Part shown: positions 55,767 through 64,000 of the stretch, piece by piece
Numbering within the stretch: the first letter of the stretch is position 1
How the letters are laid out: each line of letters starts with the position of its first letter
NCBI GenBank assembly: GCA_030583765.1
Contig: CP129474.1
Coordinates: 137,709 to 201,708 of the forward strand
Direction: 5' to 3'
Source: Minisyncoccota bacterium
GTDB lineage: Bacteria > Patescibacteriota > Minisyncoccia > 2-02-FULL-40-12 > GWA2-44-9
Length of the DNA: 64,000 nt
The notes under the pieces: generated by a model
The model's input: the letters and a program-made list of their open reading frames with translations, nothing else
The model's database searches: none
Told to the model about the DNA's origin: nothing
Program-made: the position numbers and the translations under genes

Positions 55767-56510
55767 TTATTCAGGGACAATCACGTAATCAGCGTCACGG
55801 TCTGTCGCGGCGAGCTCGGGCAAGCCATGTGCCGCGGCGCTCGCAACATAGTAACAGTGTACGCACTGTGGCGCAGGCGCTGGTGCTTCTTTCTGGCGCG
55901 ACGTAGTAACCGCACGAGCAAATGCGTCTGGCACCCACGAAGGATCCACAGACACCTGTCGCACCGCACTTGTAAACGGTAGCGCATCTTTAAAGCCCCC
56001 GCCCGTTTTATCCGCCATGTAGAATACAAAATATGCATGCGGCTGCGTAGTATATCCCATGTGCTGGAGAATGTACGTGTAGGTGTCCATCTGCTTTTGG
56101 TAATCCGCGTACACCGTTATCTCGCGTGCGCCCGTTGATTTATAATCCACTACCGCAAGCGAACCGTCAGCGAATGTGAGAATGTCATCTATAGCACCAT
56201 AGAGCGTTGCTTGCAGGTCTTCATCAGTGTAGGCGATGCCTTTGAAGTTATTGCGCCATGTTTCCAAGTCCGGTCCGTCGTAGAGCTTCGCATCAATGCC
56301 AGCACGCACAAGCACCTCAGGGAGCACGCCGCGAACACGATACGTGTCGAATTCTTGCTTCACGAGATAGTCTACTGCGGCGGCGAGGGTGTAGGGGTAG
56401 CTCGGCGGCCGTTTGATTTTATGGTGCGTGTCGAGCCAAAAACAACGCGGGCACTCTAGAAAGAGCTTTAAGCCACTCCGCGAGATGCGCATGGGGCGTG
56501 CGAATGCCAT
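55767..56510 (-). CDS. PD-(D/E)xK nuclease, Cas4/RecB-like with four-Cys cluster
   Basis: Core D...VVDYKST (D, ExK-like) motif; N-terminal CPRC and C-terminal CVHC pairs as in Cas4/AddB Fe-S nucleases. 3-nt gap to the upstream nuclease gene. Start may be 56549. Confidence 0.5.
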   Translation of the reverse strand: MAFARPMRISRSGLKLFLECPRCFWLDTHHKIKRPPSYPYTLAAAVDYLVKQEFDTYRVRGVLPEVLVRAGIDAKLYDGPDLETWRNNFKGIAYTDEDLQATLYGAIDDILTFADGSLAVVDYKSTGAREITVYADYQKQMDTYTYILQHMGYTTQPHAYFVFYMADKTGGGFKDALPFTSAVRQVSVDPSWVPDAFARAVTTSRQKEAPAPAPQCVHCYYVASAAAHGLPELAATDRDADYVIVPE

Positions 56511-56545
56511 GCCCAATCGTACCAGCATCACCATCCACAGTCCAC

Positions 56546-56591
56546 GCAAAACAAAAAGAAAGCGCTCGTTCGTGTTATGCGAACAAGCGCT
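56546..56591 (-). terminator. Rho-independent terminator after 56607..57170
   Basis: 12-bp stem (AGCGCTTGTTCG / CGAACGAGCGCT, one mismatch) followed by TTCTTTTTGTTTTG on the minus strand. Confidence 0.6.
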
Positions 56592-56606
56592 GAAAGGTCA
56601 GGATGC

Positions 56607-57170
56607 CTACTTACTTGCCATGTCGGCAGGCAGTTGAACCGCGGCTATCCAAGTATTGTAGCCCCACCTGCGGTTGCGGTCTTCAAGAATTAACACGCGT
56701 CTCGCATCACGCTCCGCGAGATACGGAACGTACGCGTAATCCTGACCACGCAAAGGCGTCCACGCAGACCCCAAGGCAACAATCGGGAACCTGCGCTGGT
56801 AGGATGGATACGTCGCGCCGAAGGCGAGCAACTCGGGAAGAGTCGCCGAGCGCATGCCTCTGGACTCAAGCTCCCATCGCACCTCTTCAGCCGACATGCT
56901 GGAACTGAAGTACACAAGCTCGATCACAACCCTCTGCTTGCCGCTGCCCCGTATCGGGAAGTGGTTCGCGGTGATATGACCGTCAACGTATACGTACTTG
57001 CCCTGCGCAACCATCTGCGCCAGGCTCTGCCCGTAGTCCACGATGACGCCGTGTCGATAGATCGTAGCGCTCGCCCCGTCATCTCCGTCAGCTGCGAAAA
57101 GAAGCATCAAGAACCACAGGGAGAGAAACGCTGGCAACGGCGAACCAGATCTACCTCTTTCCATCGTCAT
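56607..57170 (-). CDS. Secreted hypothetical protein, paralog family A (with signal peptide)
   Basis: N-terminal signal peptide. Core YRHGVIVDYGQSLAQMVAQG...ATLPELLAFG...FPIVALGSAW shared with 57663..58097. Confidence 0.55.
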   Translation of the reverse strand: MTMERGRSGSPLPAFLSLWFLMLLFAADGDDGASATIYRHGVIVDYGQSLAQMVAQGKYVYVDGHITANHFPIRGSGKQRVVIELVYFSSSMSAEEVRWELESRGMRSATLPELLAFGATYPSYQRRFPIVALGSAWTPLRGQDYAYVPYLAERDARRVLILEDRNRRWGYNTWIAAVQLPADMASK

Positions 57171-57280
57171 GACTCATTCTCCTTATTGTGGGATGATCAC
57201 ACGCGGCCCACAAAAACTGCGCGTGAAGAAATAATCATATAATAAATATAGAAAATGTCCAGCCGCCCCACAGTCCACGC

Positions 57281-57320
57281 AAAACAAAAACGCCCCACGT
57301 ATGAGAGGCGTTTTTGTTGG
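57281..57320 (-). terminator. Hairpin terminator after the DUF378 gene
   Basis: AAAAACGCC...GGCGTTTTT palindrome with flanking A/T tracts; followed by the conserved ccacagtccacgcaaaacaaaaa motif. Confidence 0.4.
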
Positions 57321-57327
57321 TGTCGCC

Positions 57328-57501
57328 TTATGAACGACGGAGCAACTGGTATATTGCCGAGAGACCGACGGCAACATAGATGACTCTTGGAAGCCACGAA
57401 GCGATATCTACTAGGAAGTATCCGATTTCCCAGTTGAACAAGCCCAGCAAGAGCCAGTTCAAGCCACCAATGATCAACAACCAGAAGGTGAGTTTATACA
57501 T
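57328..57501 (-). CDS. DUF378 family small membrane protein (57 aa)
   Basis: Hand-translated MYKLTFWLLIIGGLNWLLLGLFNWEIGYFLVDIASWLPRVIYVAVGLSAIYQLLRRS with the DUF378 GGLNWxLxG motif. AGGGGG purine tract 7 nt upstream; not in the ORF track (<60 aa). Confidence 0.6.
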   Translation of the reverse strand: MYKLTFWLLIIGGLNWLLLGLFNWEIGYFLVDIASWLPRVIYVAVGLSAIYQLLRRS

Positions 57502-57601
57502 GCGACACCCCCTTTCTTTTTATCGCCGTCTGCGGCAAGCCGCCCGGCAACTACTTAATGCAAGTATACCATTCCTACCACTCGCGCGAGCGCACCCTGT
57601 G

Positions 57602-57651
57602 CAAAACAAAAAGAAAACCGCCCGCCTCTGCATGATGCAAAGACGGGCGCT
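57602..57651 (-). terminator. Terminator after 57663..58097
   Basis: GC-rich hairpin (CGCCCGTCT...AGACGGGCG) followed by TTTTCTTTTTGTTTTG on the minus strand. Confidence 0.5.
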
Positions 57652-57662
57652 TGGTTTTGGGA

Positions 57663-58097
57663 CTACTTGCGAACGGCGGCGACCCGACAGTCGTCATCCC
57701 ACCTCCCGTCGTACCAGCTCAGGCTCAGCCCGCGCTCCGAGCCGATCCTGTCGAGGCAAGGCGCGAAGCGGCCGCCGTCGCGATGCTGCCACACGGAGCC
57801 GAGGGCGACGATCGGGAACTCGTACTGGAGGTCGGGATGGCTGGTTCCCAGAGCGAGAAGCTCCGGCAGTGTCGCCGGACGCATGCCCTTGGACTCCAGG
57901 TCCGCGAGCACTTCGCTGGTGGTCATCTCACGCCCATCGTAATAGACGGTCTCGACAACCACCTCCTGCCTACCATTGCCGGTGAGCGGGAAGTTGCTGG
58001 CGTTGATGTCGCTGATGGCGTAGTCGTACGCGCCGACCGCGATCATCTGCGCCAAGCTCTGCCCGTAGTCGACGACGACGCGGTAGCTCTCAGTCAT
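57663..58097 (-). CDS. Hypothetical protein, paralog family A (no signal peptide)
   Basis: 144 aa; shares VVDYGQSLAQM...ATLPELLALG...FPIVALGSVW core with 56607..57170. Confidence 0.55.
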   Translation of the reverse strand: MTESYRVVVDYGQSLAQMIAVGAYDYAISDINASNFPLTGNGRQEVVVETVYYDGREMTTSEVLADLESKGMRPATLPELLALGTSHPDLQYEFPIVALGSVWQHRDGGRFAPCLDRIGSERGLSLSWYDGRWDDDCRVAAVRK

Positions 58098-58330
58098 ACT
58101 GCACGTCCTTTCTTTAATCTTAAGGTTCTGGGTTAATTATAGCACTTTTTTACTGAAAAGTCAACCTACACTGTGCGTGCAAAAATGTCTAGAAATGGGC
58201 GAAATAAGGACGATTATCCCTTATGGTGTGGGGCGTTGATGAGAGTCCACACTTTTTATATTTGTCGCACCCTATCCCTATAGGGATGTGTCAGAAAAGA
58301 TCACGGTGATTAAAAGGGGTCCACACTCAC

Positions 58331-58822
58331 TTATTTACTATTTAAATCTTTTAATTTTTCTTCTATATCGGTTAAGCCTATTTCTTTTCTTTCTGCATCG
58401 GTTTTAGTACCACTCTCGAACGGTTCCGTTAGCCGCCATGGCCCGTCAGCAGTTTTTCTACTAAATTGAGTGCCCCAAATCTGAGCCTTACCGATAGACA
58501 ATAGATAACGATCTTCAGCTAATGCAGAGAATCTTTTCCCATCAGGGTGACCACGTTCCCCGGCTTTTCTTGATAGCTCCATAGCCCTTAGGTAATGCTC
58601 GGGCTTATCCCCGTGCTGATATATCATTGCGGCATTATACATATCATCAGGAGTTTGTAATAATCCTCGGGCGTATAGCTCCTCTATTCTTTTCAGCCGA
58701 GCATTGTCTCGTGGTCTAACGGTTTCCCAATCAGTGCCAGTACGCCAATTCGCCCGATCCTCTTGATCTGCGTCGTACATCTCTTGTAATTCCTTACTTA
58801 CGCTATTCGGCTCTTGTTCCAT
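58331..58822 (-). CDS. Hypothetical protein encoded in an AT-rich island
   Basis: 163-aa ORF in a stretch clearly more AT-rich than the flanks (estimated by eye, not computed). Start codon abutted by a 12-mer x4 tandem repeat. Confidence 0.45.
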   Translation of the reverse strand: MEQEPNSVSKELQEMYDADQEDRANWRTGTDWETVRPRDNARLKRIEELYARGLLQTPDDMYNAAMIYQHGDKPEHYLRAMELSRKAGERGHPDGKRFSALAEDRYLLSIGKAQIWGTQFSRKTADGPWRLTEPFESGTKTDAERKEIGLTDIEEKLKDLNSK

Positions 58823-58823
58823 A

Positions 58824-58871
58824 ACTATATCATGAACTATATCATGAACTATATCATGAACTATATCATGA
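58824..58871. repeat. Perfect tandem repeat, 4 x 12 bp (actatatcatga), beginning 2 nt upstream of the 58822 start codon
   Basis: Read directly from sequence; each unit contains ATG and TAG on the minus strand. Confidence 0.9.
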
Positions 58872-58918
58872 AATTACTTCCCACAGCATCTCAATACAAT
58901 CTATTTACTCCAGCACTC

Positions 58919-61558
58919 CTACGCCCCGTGACACTTTTTATACTTCTTTCCGCTGCCGCAAGGGCACGGGTCATTGCGGCCAACACTTCCCTGCGCTGAT
59001 TGTGTCGATGGCGAAGCAACTGCTTCTTGTCCTTTTTGCAGGGTCATCGTTTCTTGCATCGGTGTTGGGCGCGGCTGTTGCGTTACCTCTACTTTGTAGA
59101 TCACGTGCGCAAGCTGACCACGGACTCCCGCAAGGAGTTCGTTGAACATGCGCTGTGCTTCAAGTTTATATTCTACGAGTGGCTCGCGCTGACCATAGGC
59201 GCGCAGGCGTACAGAATCTCGCAAGTGCTCCATGAGCTCCAAGTGATCCATCCAGAGCGTATCAATGGTGCGCAGAAGCACCATGCGCTCCACTTGACGC
59301 ATAGAATCAGCGCCAATCTTTTCTTCTTTCAGCGCATAGGCACGCGCCGCCTCTTCAGAGAGAAATGCAATCACGTCTTCCGGAGACCCTGATTCGCTCT
59401 TTTCTTCCAGAGCCTTCTGCACAGAAGCCCCGGGAACAAGCGCAGCGAATGATTCGGCGATCTGCTTTGTATCCCACGCACCGGTTTCAACGCTCATGTG
59501 CGTGCGAACCATGGCATCGATTGCTTCTTGAATCGCATCACGCACATAGGAAGCGAGATCTTCGCCCATGAGCGCTTTGCGGCGAAGGCCGTAGATCGCC
59601 TCGCGGTGCTTGTTCATGACGTCATCGTATTCAAGGACGTACTTGCGGCTATCAAAATGGTGCCCCTCTACGCGCGTTTGTGCCTGCGCAATTGCGGACG
59701 TCAGCATGGAATGCTCAATGACGTCGTCTTCACCCAGTCCCAACCGTTCCAAAAGGTTTTTGACGCGGTCGCCCGCAAAAATACGCACGAGCTCGTCATC
59801 CAGTGATACAAAAAATTGCGAAGAGCCAGGGTCACCCTGACGACCTGCGCGGCCGCGGAGCTGATCATCAACACGGCGAGAGTCATGACGCTCTGTGCCA
59901 ATCACATGCAAGCCGCCCGCAGTGCGAACTTTTTCTGCATCCTCTGGCGTTGGTGGGTTGCCACCCAAAAGAATGTCCACGCCACGGCCAGCGAGGTTAG
60001 TTGCCACGGTTACCGCTCCGCTCTTGCCCGCTTGCGCGATAATTTCTGCTTCTTTTTCATGGTTCTTTGCATTCAACGTGTTGTGAGGAATGCCCTCCTG
60101 CGTGAGGAGTTGGTCCATGAGTTCATTTTTCTGGATAGACGACGTGCCGATAAGCACGGGCTGACCTTGTGCGATACGCTCGCGCACTTCGCGAACCACG
60201 GCACGGAATTTGCCTGCTTCTGTTTTGTACACGCGGTCTGGCTGGTCTGCACGAATCATGGGGCGGTGCGTCGGCACCGAAATAACATCGAGACTATATA
60301 CCTTATGAAATTCTTCACCCGAGGTGCGTGCCGTACCCGTCATGCCTGAGAGTTTTGTATAGAGACGGAAGTAATTCTGGAATGTCACCGTTGCGAGCGT
60401 GCGCTGTTCCTTTTGAATGCGCACACCTTCTTTTGCTTCTACCGCTTGGTGGAGCCCACCGGACCAGCGACGTCCGGGCATGAGGCGGCCCGTGAATTCG
60501 TCAACGATCACTATTTCTCCTTCACGGATGACGTAGTCGCGATCGCGCTTAAAGAAGACATGGGCGCGAAGTGCTTCTTCGAGGTGGTGTACGTAGCGCA
60601 CACCCCCTTCGTCGTAGATGTTGCCGATTCCTAAACGCTTCTCTACTTTTTCAATGCCTGCTTCAGTGATACTTACTGCTTTGAGTTTTTCATCAATCGT
60701 AAAATCAGATTCCTGTTGGAGCTCGGGCACAATGCGCGCAAATGTTTCGTAGAGCTGTGTGCTCTCCTGATCTGGAGCTGAAATAATGAGTGGCGTGCGC
60801 GCTTCATCAATGAGAATAGAGTCGACTTCGTCTACGAGCGCAAAGTGGTGCCCTCGCTGTACCATGTCTTCAGCACGGTATGCCATGTTGTCGCGGAGAT
60901 AATCGAACCCGTATTCGTTGTTCGTGCCATAGGTAATGTCTGCCGCGTACGCTTCTTTACGCTCTACGGGACGCAAAAACTCATGCACAACACGAAAACC
61001 ACCCGTGACATCACGCGCCTCGTCTGCTGCGTCTCCTGATTCCGCCTTCGTGCTCTGGTGCGTCGCATCATACTGATAGCTCGCATCGTGGTTGATGCAG
61101 CCAACGGTCATGCCGAGCGCATCGTAGATTTGCCCCATCCACACCGCATCACGGCGGGAGAGGTAGTCGTTCACCGTAACCACATGTGCACCCTTGCCCT
61201 CAAGGGCATTAAGATACGTGGGGAGCGTAGCAACGAGCGTTTTCCCCTCACCGGTGCGCATTTCTGCGATAGCGCCCTTGTGCAATACTGCGCCGCCCAT
61301 TATTTGAACATCAAAATGTCGCTTGTTGAGTGTGCGTCGCGATGCTTCACGAACCGCAGCGAACGCTTCGGGCATGAGATCTTCGAGCGTTGCACCATTT
61401 GCAAGCCGCGCGCGAAATTCGCTCGTCTTTGCGCGAAGATCAGCATCAGAAAGTGCCTGCATCTCCTCTTCGAGTGCGTTGACTTGCGCAACAAGCGGAG
61501 AAAGCGCGCGAATCGCGCGCTCATTGGCATCGCCAAATATGCGTGAGAATAAAGACAT
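58919..61558 (-). CDS. secA: Preprotein translocase ATPase SecA
   Basis: 879 aa; DEAD-like motor motifs; C-terminal zinc-binding CPCGSGKKYKKCHGA. Confidence 0.95.
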   Translation of the reverse strand: MSLFSRIFGDANERAIRALSPLVAQVNALEEEMQALSDADLRAKTSEFRARLANGATLEDLMPEAFAAVREASRRTLNKRHFDVQIMGGAVLHKGAIAEMRTGEGKTLVATLPTYLNALEGKGAHVVTVNDYLSRRDAVWMGQIYDALGMTVGCINHDASYQYDATHQSTKAESGDAADEARDVTGGFRVVHEFLRPVERKEAYAADITYGTNNEYGFDYLRDNMAYRAEDMVQRGHHFALVDEVDSILIDEARTPLIISAPDQESTQLYETFARIVPELQQESDFTIDEKLKAVSITEAGIEKVEKRLGIGNIYDEGGVRYVHHLEEALRAHVFFKRDRDYVIREGEIVIVDEFTGRLMPGRRWSGGLHQAVEAKEGVRIQKEQRTLATVTFQNYFRLYTKLSGMTGTARTSGEEFHKVYSLDVISVPTHRPMIRADQPDRVYKTEAGKFRAVVREVRERIAQGQPVLIGTSSIQKNELMDQLLTQEGIPHNTLNAKNHEKEAEIIAQAGKSGAVTVATNLAGRGVDILLGGNPPTPEDAEKVRTAGGLHVIGTERHDSRRVDDQLRGRAGRQGDPGSSQFFVSLDDELVRIFAGDRVKNLLERLGLGEDDVIEHSMLTSAIAQAQTRVEGHHFDSRKYVLEYDDVMNKHREAIYGLRRKALMGEDLASYVRDAIQEAIDAMVRTHMSVETGAWDTKQIAESFAALVPGASVQKALEEKSESGSPEDVIAFLSEEAARAYALKEEKIGADSMRQVERMVLLRTIDTLWMDHLELMEHLRDSVRLRAYGQREPLVEYKLEAQRMFNELLAGVRGQLAHVIYKVEVTQQPRPTPMQETMTLQKGQEAVASPSTQSAQGSVGRNDPCPCGSGKKYKKCHGA

Positions 61559-61570
61559 GCAGATGGAATC

Positions 61571-61903
61571 CTATCTCTTCTTGGTCCTGCGAGCGAGGGC
61601 TTTTTCTTTACGCTTTGCAAGCTGTGCCTTGAGCGCCTCACGTACGTCAACAATGGCGGCGCGAAGATCATGGTGGGTGCTCTCTGCGCGGAGCGTAGCG
61701 CGACCCATTTTCAGCATCGCTTCAGCGTAGAACACTTCACCACTTTTGTGATGGCGCGATGGCTTGCCGATCTCCACCACTGCGTAGCCCTCTTTCAATT
61801 CAGGAACTCCACGATCCAAGCTGCCAATCTTCTCTTCCACAAACGCGCGAAGCGGGTTTGTGAGCTCGATCATTTTACAGGTAATATCGAGTTTCATAGG
61901 CAT
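61571..61903 (-). CDS. hpf: Ribosome hibernation promoting factor (HPF/RaiA family)
   Basis: MKLDITCKMIELTNPLRAFVEEKIGSL...; typical secA-downstream location. Start set at an internal Met of the listed ORF. Confidence 0.8.
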   Translation of the reverse strand: MPMKLDITCKMIELTNPLRAFVEEKIGSLDRGVPELKEGYAVVEIGKPSRHHKSGEVFYAEAMLKMGRATLRAESTHHDLRAAIVDVREALKAQLAKRKEKALARRTKKR

Positions 61904-61950
61904 ATGGTAGCACACCCGTAGACACGAGCAATGCTTCACAAAAGGGTTCG

Positions 61951-63711
61951 TTATTGCGTAATATCCACCCCTGTTTTATAGGCAGCAGCTTCGGCTGGAG
62001 AAACGGTAAAGATTGCGTTCCAATCGCGTCCAGAAGCCCCAAATTGCGCTCCGGACATGCGCAGCCAGTGCTTTGTGCCGTCGGGCCACACGGCATAGAC
62101 TTTCTCATCCCCCTCAACGCGAATGTAGCTAGCGGTCGGGTAGCTATCAAAGACCGCGGGTTCTAGCGGGATTACTCGCGCAGGATCTAAGTGGCCATAG
62201 AGCGCGATAATCTCTGGGCGCAAATAGCGCTTGTATCCGCGCGTAATAACATACATCTCCGTTTCCGCGTTATTCCGCTTTATGAGAGCGCCCTCGAGAT
62301 CCGTCGGTGTGCCAGGAATCATAAAAGCGTCGGATGGAATCTCAGTAAGAGGAATCACACGCATGCGAGCCTCCCAAGGTAGCGCGGGCGACTGCTCCCA
62401 GTTGCTCTGCTGACCAATGTGGGCGCCGGCTATTACTATACGTTCAATAGTATGTCCTGGCTCTATGATGAGCGTCGCTGCCCCTCCGTTGACCGGCACG
62501 TCATATGCGCGAAGCGCGCCGTCTCTGTTGATGGTCACCGCGCGAATTTTCCAAACACCACGCGAATCGCCATTGACCGCGATGCGCACCGCAGAATCTC
62601 CAGATGCTAAGACGTCTGCGACTCGAAAATCATGAGTTATCGGCTCCCAGCCTGCTGCTTCCGCAACCGCAACATGTTCTGTGTCCTGGCGCGCTAAGGC
62701 AACAAAAGAAGGTTGTGCGTGCATTGCTGTAAGCTCCGGGCGTGCATAGCCGAATCGCGGATCCGCAATTGGATCATTCACAATGTTGGCGACCCACCAG
62801 TCCGCGATAACATCAGCAAAGCGTTCACGGTGTCCGCGACCTGCAAGCCATGCATCGATCGACGCAATACCTGCAGCGTTTGCGCGTAGCGTATCACGCA
62901 AGATGCCCTCACCAAATCGCCCCACAAGATATTCTGCAAGGAGCGCCACTTGACCATAGTCCGCGCGCGTCCCGCCCCACGCAAGAGCGCTATCAGTAGG
63001 GAACCTCTTGAGCGTATCCACTCGGCTCTCAAGACTTGATCCTGCGAACGGCGTGTTGTACCCCATCAGCGATACCGTATATTCTGCGCGCAGCTCGTTA
63101 AGCCATACATCTTCAGAAATGCCCCAGGTAAATTCCTTCTGATTCAATGAAATCAGGTGCTGGAATTCGTGCGCCAAAAAAATATGCGCCTGTCGCGAAA
63201 GCAAAGAGTCGAGATTCACTACAACCATTTCACGCGCGTTGGTCCCCTGCGCCTGCTGCGGACTATAGCTATGAATGGTATCAAAGTAGCCACCCGCACC
63301 TTGATTGAGTCTATGTAAAAGGATGGTGATGCGCGCATCGCCATCAATGCCAGGTCGAGCTTCAGCGCCCCACATGGCGGTGGTAGTAGGGTATATGCGC
63401 GTATCGAATTCGGTTGCGAGCGCCACCAGCGCCTCAGAAATGCGCACGCGATCTGTGGATGCAAGTTCGGCCCATGCCGCATCTTCGATATACCAATATG
63501 CACGCTCACTGATACGGTGTAATGTAGCATCGAGGCCCTGACGGTTTGCAATATCAAAGCCAGCATTCACAAAAAATGCCTCACGTTGGCCGAGAATATC
63601 TGCAGAGGCATGCGGTACCCAAAGCGCCATGCCCACCAAAAAAGATACGAAAAAACGCGCAACTATGCGTGGTGACATATACATGAGAGTATACCATGGA
63701 TATGCGCACAC
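61951..63711 (-). CDS. Secreted zinc metalloprotease-like protein (HExxH)
   Basis: N-terminal signal/TM; HEFQHLISLNQKE zinc-binding motif; 586 aa, otherwise unassigned. Confidence 0.55.
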   Translation of the reverse strand: MCAYPWYTLMYMSPRIVARFFVSFLVGMALWVPHASADILGQREAFFVNAGFDIANRQGLDATLHRISERAYWYIEDAAWAELASTDRVRISEALVALATEFDTRIYPTTTAMWGAEARPGIDGDARITILLHRLNQGAGGYFDTIHSYSPQQAQGTNAREMVVVNLDSLLSRQAHIFLAHEFQHLISLNQKEFTWGISEDVWLNELRAEYTVSLMGYNTPFAGSSLESRVDTLKRFPTDSALAWGGTRADYGQVALLAEYLVGRFGEGILRDTLRANAAGIASIDAWLAGRGHRERFADVIADWWVANIVNDPIADPRFGYARPELTAMHAQPSFVALARQDTEHVAVAEAAGWEPITHDFRVADVLASGDSAVRIAVNGDSRGVWKIRAVTINRDGALRAYDVPVNGGAATLIIEPGHTIERIVIAGAHIGQQSNWEQSPALPWEARMRVIPLTEIPSDAFMIPGTPTDLEGALIKRNNAETEMYVITRGYKRYLRPEIIALYGHLDPARVIPLEPAVFDSYPTASYIRVEGDEKVYAVWPDGTKHWLRMSGAQFGASGRDWNAIFTVSPAEAAAYKTGVDITQ

Positions 63712-63717
63712 GATTCA

Positions 63718-63746
63718 TTGACAAAATGAGTTAAAAACTGTATTAT
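63718..63746 (+). promoter_or_regulatory. Sigma-70-type promoter (TTGACA-17 nt-TATTAT)
   Basis: Perfect -35, 17-nt spacer, 5/6 -10; about 13 nt upstream of the ATG at 63760, so a very short leader. Confidence 0.5.
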
Positions 63747-63759
63747 TTATCAACTCTCT

Positions 63760-64000
63760 ATGCGTCGTTTTCTTATCTTATGCGCAGATATTGTAGCCCT
63801 CGCTGGGGCCCTTGCGCTTACTATCTGGGCACGTTATCCGGATACTTTTGAGGCACAGTTCCTCCTCCACGGGATCCCCTTTTTATTGATCGGCTTAGCG
63901 TGGATCATTGGTCTGTATATCGCCAACCTCTATGACCTCACTGCACAGAACACCTCTGCGCACATTGCAAGCGGCGTCATTCAAGGCGCAGCACTTGCAT
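63760..64000 (+). CDS. Membrane protein, N-terminal part (runs off the window), possibly a polyprenyl-phosphate sugar transferase-type protein
   Basis: Hand-translated MRRFLILCADIVALAGALALTIWARYPDTFEAQFLLHGIPFLLIGLAWIIGLYIANLYDL... with two or more TM helices; open to the window end. Confidence 0.4.
   Translation, partial: MRRFLILCADIVALAGALALTIWARYPDTFEAQFLLHGIPFLLIGLAWIIGLYIANLYDLTAQNTSAHIASGVIQGAALA

Noticed and set aside
57380-58136. Arg/Ala/Pro-rich + ORFs (57380..57985, 57651..58136)
   Set aside because: Antisense to the paralog gene 57663..58097 and the DUF378 gene; a high-GC, low-complexity translation artefact.
58824-58871. Possible CRISPR array
   Set aside because: Only four perfect head-to-tail 12-mers with no spacers, so it is a simple tandem repeat. 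No CRISPR-like repeat-spacer structure or cas genes anywhere in the window.
58814-58999. 61-aa + ORF MFHNYIMNYIMNYIMNYIM...
   Set aside because: It is the translation of the 12-mer tandem repeat and the antisense of the secA 3' end, not a gene.

Overview
High-GC (~57%), gene-dense, mostly minus-strand-coded window that looks like a reduced-genome (Patescibacteria/CPR-like) bacterial chromosome, called on protein motifs only. Housekeeping genes: dnaX (short), serS, lysS, greA, mreBCD-mrdA, proS, rseP, frr, holB, murG, lon, murE-like/FemAB, ruvA, uvrB, rpsT, ftsW-mraY-dacA-like, aspS, secDF, secA, hpf. Also present: MFS, DedA and amino-acid permease transporters, a secreted S8 protease, a secreted HExxH metalloprotease, a Doc toxin, GrpB, UDG family 4 and a cupin protein. 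RNA genes: tRNA-Gln(TTG) and tRNA-Lys(TTT), both minus strand. Three unannotated structured-RNA candidates: an ssrA/tmRNA-like 5' domain with a tag-like reading frame (ANLTTNDGSRALAIL) whose first 31 nt recur 702 bp downstream, bracketing a grpB gene; a ~310-nt RNase P RNA-like element between convergent genes; and a ~330-nt RNA closed by a 7-bp terminal helix and a strong terminator. Most notable system: two paralogous VirD4/TraG-like type IV coupling-protein ATPases, one fused (809 aa) and one split into membrane-module plus ATPase genes, the split one in an operon with a sigma-70 region-4 HTH protein; no other T4SS parts are in the window. Other accessory features: a two-nuclease operon (TM0106/RecB-like plus Cas4-like PD-(D/E)xK with 4 Cys), a modular tandem array of paralogous small proteins with DUF378, a ~0.8-kb AT-rich island with a 12-mer x4 tandem repeat abutting a start codon, and a 40-nt motif shared upstream of two genes.
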